Virus record (IMG/VR): IMGVR_UViG_3300032116_000204
Span: 1-60,395 of that record
Reading direction: 5' to 3' (one strand)
Length of the DNA stretch: 60,395 nt
Origin: a virus
Lineage: Duplodnaviria > Caudoviricetes
Below, one piece after another: positions 55,234-60,395 of this stretch; the first letter of the stretch is position 1, and each line of letters begins with the position of its first letter. The translations under genes were made by a program, and so were the position numbers. The notes below the pieces were generated by a model. That model was not told the DNA's origin. It ran no database searches and saw only the letters and a program-made list of their open reading frames with translations.

Positions 55234-55885
55234 GCAGATACCCCCGGTTCCTGCCCAGCAGACCCATGCCCGGCGAGTAGGTCGGCATCGGCCTGAGCCC
55301 CGGGCCGCCGGTCAGGCTGTTGGGCTGGGCCTGCTCGATCTCAACGCGCTGCAATTCCACCAGCGCCATCTGTTCATCCAACGCGGTGTATTTGAAGATC
55401 GCGTCAGAGCCCAGCACCCGGTTGCTAAACACCCGCGCTGAACGGATCACGATCCAGCGGTTGAACGCCTCCGGGCACTCGTCCCAGGGCAGAAGCCAGA
55501 CCACATCCGCTTCAAGGCTGGGGATGTCTGCGCCCAGGATGTAGCTGCGCTTCTCGCGGTCATACACCCGTTGGCCGCGCAGCTGGAAACGCCCGGCCCA
55601 CTGGTAGGCATCAGGGGCAAAGGAGACGACGTTGGCCGGCACCACGATCTGATTGGTGCCGGCGTCCTTTACGAACTCGTAGGCCTGTTCACTGTTCCAG
55701 CTCCAGCCTCTTGTCTGTCCTTCTTTGTGGAACTCGAGGATGGTGCGCTCAGCCATGGTTGCTTCCACAACCTGCTGGTTCTCAAGGCTGTTGACCGGCT
55801 GCTCGCCAATGTTCTGCAGGCAGATGTTGACCGCCTCAAGCAGGGTCGTCCTGCCAGGTGTGTTTCCCTGATTTGCGAGGCCCAT
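55226..55885 (-). CDS. Tail tubular protein A (gp11-like), module B
   Basis: TTLLEAVNICLQNIGEQPVNSL...GWSWN. Confidence 0.9.
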   Translation of the reverse strand: MGLANQGNTPGRTTLLEAVNICLQNIGEQPVNSLENQQVVEATMAERTILEFHKEGQTRGWSWNSEQAYEFVKDAGTNQIVVPANVVSFAPDAYQWAGRFQLRGQRVYDREKRSYILGADIPSLEADVVWLLPWDECPEAFNRWIVIRSARVFSNRVLGSDAIFKYTALDEQMALVELQRVEIEQAQPNSLTGGPGLRPMPTYSPGMGLLGRNRGYLRG

Positions 55886-55928
55886 CTGAGCACTGCAGGG
55901 GTGCAGTCTTCATGCTATCGGCAGGCAC

Positions 55929-55960
55929 AAAAAAGCCCCCTGTTGAAGCTGACAGGGGGC
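55929..55960 (-). terminator. Intrinsic terminator after major capsid gene B
   Basis: Minus strand GCCCCCTGT-N8-ACAGGGGGC followed by TTTTTT. Confidence 0.85.
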
Positions 55961-55985
55961 CTAGGCCTCGTCCTCCGGACTAAGC

Positions 55986-56993
55986 CTATGGGAGTTCGAT
56001 CACACCTGCACACTCAGCACGCAGGACACCCATGCCGATCGCCATACGGCTGACCATCAGGCTGGCCTGGTACATGATGTTGAAGTCGCCGCCCTGAGGG
56101 GTGACTTGCAGGCTGGGGCTGCGCAGGGTCAGCACACCGATGGCATCGCGGTGGAACACGATTGCCTTGTTCTTCGACAGATCCTGCTGATAAGCGGTGT
56201 TCTTGTCGTAGGTGCCGTTGGTGTAAGCAGCCTGGGTGACGTGGTTCGACTCGATCACGGGGATACCCTTCACGCGCAGCACACGGCCGCTGGCGAAAGA
56301 TCCGTTCTCACCGCCGGCTCCATTGAAGTCCGCGTTGATAGCGCGGGTGGAATCCAGCAGGACGTCGTACTCATCGGGACCCACGACACAGAGGAGATCC
56401 TCGGTGGGTACGTCCTTCTTCTTCATCGCCACCTTCAAGGCGCTGATCTTGGCGACCAGCTCATCGCCCTTGGCATTGGAGCTGGCAGCGGCATAGCCAG
56501 CCGAGAGGGTCTGGCTCTGGCCGATGCGACCGGCGTTGCCGGCTTTGCTCAGGGGTTCAGTGGTGGTCTTGGCAGCGGCGTACAGCACACGAGCAGCACG
56601 CCGGTCCCATTCCCGGGCGAGGGCCTGGCCCAGCTGATGGGTGACGTCCTGGCGGACGTCGTAGTAATTCATCAGCTCGTCCAGGTCATAGATCACCTGG
56701 TCGGCAATCATTAGACCATCGAGGTTGATGATCTGCTCATTGCGGTCGCCGGGGCTGTTTGTGGCCCCCAGGATCGGGGTGCCAGGAACGTGGTAGCCGG
56801 CTTCTGCCTTGCCGCTGACGGGGAACGCAGCGGACTTGCCGCCGCGAATGTTGCGCTCACGCACCTTGCCCTTGAAGACGCAAGCGCGATCGAACGCAGA
56901 CAGCAGCTCGGCAATACCGAGCTTGAGGAACAGGGCGTCAACTGCACCTGCGCCTTTAATTTGACCAATCCGGTCGAGAGAAGCGTTGGCCAT
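55986..56993 (-). CDS. Major capsid protein (gp10-like), module B
   Basis: ALFLKL...ELL.AF...RNIRGGKSAAFP...G.GVLR. Confidence 0.93.
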   Translation of the reverse strand: MANASLDRIGQIKGAGAVDALFLKLGIAELLSAFDRACVFKGKVRERNIRGGKSAAFPVSGKAEAGYHVPGTPILGATNSPGDRNEQIINLDGLMIADQVIYDLDELMNYYDVRQDVTHQLGQALAREWDRRAARVLYAAAKTTTEPLSKAGNAGRIGQSQTLSAGYAAASSNAKGDELVAKISALKVAMKKKDVPTEDLLCVVGPDEYDVLLDSTRAINADFNGAGGENGSFASGRVLRVKGIPVIESNHVTQAAYTNGTYDKNTAYQQDLSKNKAIVFHRDAIGVLTLRSPSLQVTPQGGDFNIMYQASLMVSRMAIGMGVLRAECAGVIELP

Positions 56994-57037
56994 TGGCCTT
57001 TAGGGATAGCGAGCTTCTGTCCGTTGTTTGGCTGAGC

Positions 57038-57087
57038 GGGGTGTCTCCCTAGGGAGGCCCAATCAGTTGCACTGGTGCAGAGCAACT
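57038..57087 (-). promoter_or_regulatory. Conserved capsid-leader elements (palindrome plus hairpin), module B
   Basis: AGTTGC-N11-GCAACT at 57065-57087 and minus-strand GGC-CTCC-CTAG-GGAG-ACACCCC at 57038-57059. Confidence 0.6.
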
Positions 57088-57099
57088 CATGCCCTGACC

Positions 57100-57990
57100 T
57101 TACATAAAGACATTCGACCTGGCGAGAGTCTTGTCGTACCACTGGCGGTACTTCGGGTCGGTCTCATACAGGAACTTGCCGTTCTTGTCCCGCTTGCCAC
57201 GGGCATCAACAGCCTGCTGGTCGCTGTCAAACACGTCGGTCTTCACGGCACTGCCGCCACCGATGAGCTTCGGCTCTTGGCCGCCGGCGCTGGCCCGGGC
57301 TTGCAGTTGCTTGATGGCAAAGCGGGCTGCAGCCTTGTTGCCGCTGTCCACTGCGGCGTTGTAATCCGCCAGCTCCTGCTGGTCGAGGTTGCTCATGGCC
57401 CACTGGCTGAGCTGCTGGAACTGCTGCTCACCGCCGACCATTCCCTTGAGCTCGGCCACATCGGCATCGGTCAGACCCGGGGCTGAACTATCCGGAACGG
57501 CCGGAGAGTTGCCTTTGGCTGGGGCCACGCCCTGCAGGTAGGTCTCCACCACCTCGCGGGGCAGGCCGCCTTTCTCCACCAGGGCATCGACGTAGCTACT
57601 GACGTCTTGGCCGGCGTAAACCTTTTCCGCCATCTCGAGCGGGTTGATCTCTGCGGCTTCGATGGCGGTCGCCACCGTGTCGCCATAGAGCTGCTTGCCC
57701 AGCTCAGGGGTGTACTGATCGGGGGTGATCGCAGGCTGAGGCTCAGGCTCGCTCTGCGCTGGCTGCTGGCCCCGCTGGCTGATCAGCTTCTGCGCCTCGA
57801 GATAGGCCCTCTCCAGCTCCTCGGTGCTCTTGAACTTGCCGGCCAGCAAAGCTTCGCCGTCATCGGTTGACTCGGGCTGGGTGTTGAGCTGCTGCTGTTC
57901 CTGCTCGAGCTCCTGCAGGAACCCGTCGATGAGATCCTCCTGGCCGGGTGCCACCAGGTCTTGCAGTTCGGGGCTTGGTGTTGCGGTCAT
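57100..57990 (-). CDS. Capsid assembly scaffold protein (gp9-like), module B
   Basis: LAGKFKSTEELERAY, GGEQQF..L.QWA, EPKLIGG. Confidence 0.88.
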   Translation of the reverse strand: MTATPSPELQDLVAPGQEDLIDGFLQELEQEQQQLNTQPESTDDGEALLAGKFKSTEELERAYLEAQKLISQRGQQPAQSEPEPQPAITPDQYTPELGKQLYGDTVATAIEAAEINPLEMAEKVYAGQDVSSYVDALVEKGGLPREVVETYLQGVAPAKGNSPAVPDSSAPGLTDADVAELKGMVGGEQQFQQLSQWAMSNLDQQELADYNAAVDSGNKAAARFAIKQLQARASAGGQEPKLIGGGSAVKTDVFDSDQQAVDARGKRDKNGKFLYETDPKYRQWYDKTLARSNVFM

Positions 57991-59618
57991 GCGGGTGGTT
58001 GTTCGGTGGGTTGGGGTTCAGCCATCTGCTGGCTGGTGGCCGCGGCATTGGCCAGCTTTTGCGGGTCGGCCATGCCGCTCGCCATTGCTTGCTGAACCAT
58101 TGCGGCCTGCTGCTGGGCTTGCTGTTCCTGCGCCAGCTGCTCTTCCGTCTTGACCAGGCCGATGATGTCCATGCCCATGGCGCCGGCCAGACGGCGGATG
58201 AGCTCAGCCGGCATCACATAGGTGGCGATGCCCTCGGGCCCCAGCGATTGCTGAAGGATGGTCATGAAGCGAGCGGTCTTCTCCAGGTCATTGCCGCGGC
58301 CAACAGCAGCCAGGCCGACGCTGACCACCGGCTGAACCAGCCCCTCCGGCAGCTTGGGCAGCTTGCCCCTGCGGGTCAGGATCGCCAGCTTGCGGGAGAC
58401 GTAGGGCTGCTGGAACTCAGTGGTGAGGATGGCGTAGATCGAGCCGAGTGAGTTCTCGATCTGCAATGCCTGCAGCCTGACCTCTTCTGCTGTGGTGCGT
58501 TCCGAGTCGCGCACGTCGGCGAGCATGAAAGCCTGAGCCAGCCGGGCCTCGATTCGTGCCAGGCCCTGGGCCGCGACGTTGAGATCGGCGGCCTTGTTCA
58601 CCTGGATGGTGAAGACGTCATCGGGGTTGCCGGGCAGGTAGGCGCCGTTGGGGGCCTCGGCCAGCTTCTTGGGGTTGGCGATCCCACTGGGTTTGACCAG
58701 GTGCTTCACCTGGGCTGACACCAATGAGCCCTCGGCAATGGCCTGGCTCAAGGCCTCAGCGGTTTGCAGGTCCGCGATGCAGGCCGCTTCGACGTAGCCA
58801 GGGGAATAGCCCTGGCCGTCGATCCGGTACATCCGCAGCGGCAGCCAAGGTGATTCGCTGACGCTGGCAGTCCCGCGAGAGCCAGGGATCTCCTGGTCTT
58901 TGATCTCCTGATACCACTTGACCTTTTTCCCTTCCCACTCGATGTGGGTGTAGAGCCGAACGACACGCTCGTACTCCGGGGTCACGTCGTCATCGACGAT
59001 GCCCTGTACCTCGCCGTCTTCTTCCTCGAGCAGTTGACGTGCGTTGCTGGGCAGCGATTCAACCGACAGCTGTTCGCAGACGATTGCTTCGATGGGGTTG
59101 CCCATCAGGTCGCGGCGGCACACGTAGCGGTTGAGGTGAAAGCACTTCAACCCCTCATCTGACACGTACATCAGCACGTTGCCGCTAACGATCAGGTGCA
59201 GCAGCATCTCGTGGACTGCCACCCGGTCGTTGCTGGTCTCGATGCTGCGCAGCACCGCCCGCTCGAGCCGGGCTAGGGCCAGATCGAACTCGCTCTTGGC
59301 ACGGCCCAGCTCCTCTGGTGTGGAACCGGCCGCCTGCATCTGCTGCTCGTTCTTGGCCATCTCGATCTCGTCGATCGTGAAGCGGAAGAACGTCTCAGTC
59401 GGCGGCAGCAACGCCAACAGCAAACGGCTGGCCAAGTTGTGAACGCCCCGGGCGCCGATGCCATTCCACGGCAAGGGAAATGTCTGGTTGTCGTTGGGGT
59501 ACGGCTCGTCGCTGACCGGGATCAGATACGGCAGCGTCAGCCGCGAAGCAGTCCGGGCCCGCTCGAGGTAGTAGTTCCGGTCTGACTCCAGGGCCCGGTA
59601 ACGCTTTTCGCAGCTCAT
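57987..59618 (-). CDS. Portal protein (gp8-like), module B
   Basis: GIGARGVHNLASRLLLALLPP, ERTTAEEVR, GL.AVGRGND. Confidence 0.93.
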   Translation of the reverse strand: MSCEKRYRALESDRNYYLERARTASRLTLPYLIPVSDEPYPNDNQTFPLPWNGIGARGVHNLASRLLLALLPPTETFFRFTIDEIEMAKNEQQMQAAGSTPEELGRAKSEFDLALARLERAVLRSIETSNDRVAVHEMLLHLIVSGNVLMYVSDEGLKCFHLNRYVCRRDLMGNPIEAIVCEQLSVESLPSNARQLLEEEDGEVQGIVDDDVTPEYERVVRLYTHIEWEGKKVKWYQEIKDQEIPGSRGTASVSESPWLPLRMYRIDGQGYSPGYVEAACIADLQTAEALSQAIAEGSLVSAQVKHLVKPSGIANPKKLAEAPNGAYLPGNPDDVFTIQVNKAADLNVAAQGLARIEARLAQAFMLADVRDSERTTAEEVRLQALQIENSLGSIYAILTTEFQQPYVSRKLAILTRRGKLPKLPEGLVQPVVSVGLAAVGRGNDLEKTARFMTILQQSLGPEGIATYVMPAELIRRLAGAMGMDIIGLVKTEEQLAQEQQAQQQAAMVQQAMASGMADPQKLANAAATSQQMAEPQPTEQPPA

Positions 59619-59620
59619 GG

Positions 59621-60109
59621 TCAGCCTCCGATGTTTACGCCGACGCCAGCGCTGCGGCCTGATGAGCCGATGCGCAGGGTCTGAGTAGCGGATGTCGCCT
59701 TGACAGCGGGCTCGGACCCCCGACGGGTGATCGGTGCCGTTGGTGCTTTGGACTGCGCATCACGCCCGGCCAGCACCCGCAGCGATTGCGATGCGGCCTG
59801 CGTGTTCAGCCGGTCTGAAGCGATCTGGGTTTCCTGGGCCCTGCGTGTCTGGTCGATCTGTGCCAGCTGTGCCTGCTCCTCTGCTCGCAAATCAGCTACG
59901 GCTCGCTCTTGTCCGGCCATGGCTTGCTGCTGAGCTTGCTCAAGTCGCTGCCTCTCGGTCTGCTGTGCTGCCACCTGGGCCTGCATCGCTGCAGCCTGGC
60001 GATCAAGCTCGGCCTGGCGTTCACGAGCGATTTGGTTCAGCCGTTCCTGCTCGCGCTTGGCTGCTTCATTGGCGTGATGCTGCCGTCTGCCGGCGTTCCC
60101 AGCGCACAT
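59621..60109 (-). CDS. gp7.3-like virion assembly protein, module B
   Basis: MC start, A/Q-rich coil, C-terminal LRI...GVGVNI; upstream of the portal. Confidence 0.55.
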   Translation of the reverse strand: MCAGNAGRRQHHANEAAKREQERLNQIARERQAELDRQAAAMQAQVAAQQTERQRLEQAQQQAMAGQERAVADLRAEEQAQLAQIDQTRRAQETQIASDRLNTQAASQSLRVLAGRDAQSKAPTAPITRRGSEPAVKATSATQTLRIGSSGRSAGVGVNIGG

Positions 60110-60111
60110 GG

Positions 60112-60395
60112 TCAGACTCCGATGTTGAGGCCAGTGCCTGCGCTCATCGCCGTTGCGCCTGGCGCAATCTTGAGCGTGGACTTGTTCTTGTACTTGGGCT
60201 TGGGCGCCTCTGTCGTCTGTGCGTTGGTGGGTTCCGTCATCGTGGTGGTGACGGCATAGGCGGCCTGGCGCTGTGCAGCGGTCTCGGCTGCAGCTCCAAC
60301 ACGCTGAGCTTCCAACTCAGCAGCGGCGGTCAGCCTGTCCTCTTCCAGCCGCTTGCGCTGAGCGTCGGCCTGGGCATTGGCTTGGTCGATTTGCT
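60112..60395 (-). CDS. Second gp7.3-like protein (5' end beyond window)
   Basis: Frame stays open to the window end (..QIDQANAQADAQRKRLEE..); C-terminus STLKI...GTGLNI. Confidence 0.55.
   Translation of the reverse strand, partial: QIDQANAQADAQRKRLEEDRLTAAAELEAQRVGAAAETAAQRQAAYAVTTTMTEPTNAQTTEAPKPKYKNKSTLKIAPGATAMSAGTGLNIGV

Larger units (their letters stand above)
1..60395. mobile_element. T7-like temperate podophage DNA with two virion modules and one replication/packaging backbone
   Basis: Single-subunit RNAP, gp2.5/3/4/6 homologues, portal-scaffold-capsid-tail tube order present twice, terminase, integrase and att; no host genes seen. Confidence 0.95.

Overview
The whole window is T7-like (Autographiviridae-type) temperate podophage DNA, with no recognisable bacterial housekeeping genes. 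Read on the minus strand it holds two complete but highly diverged virion-morphogenesis modules. Module B spans 60395-37329 and module A spans 21049-1. Each has a gp7.3-like gene, portal, scaffold, major capsid, tail tubes A/B, gp13, gp14/15/16 ejection proteins and tail fibres. Between them lies a single backbone: holin-like genes, an inverted terS-terL-endolysin operon, a ~1.1 kb repeat-rich non-coding region, small early genes, tyrosine integrase, a tRNA(CAT)-derived att site, single-subunit RNA polymerase, SSB, endonuclease, primase/helicase, ThyX and exonuclease. No DNA polymerase is present. The two modules end in near-identical distal tail-fibre genes 38,646 bp apart, so bases 1-38646 could close into one complete genome. 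The first 127 nt match the second copy exactly, which is a possible assembler k-mer signature. The window could therefore be one genome with two virion modules, swappable modules on a shared backbone, a tandem double prophage, or an assembly chimera, and read-level data are needed to decide. All calls rest on motif recognition and gene order, with no database searches.
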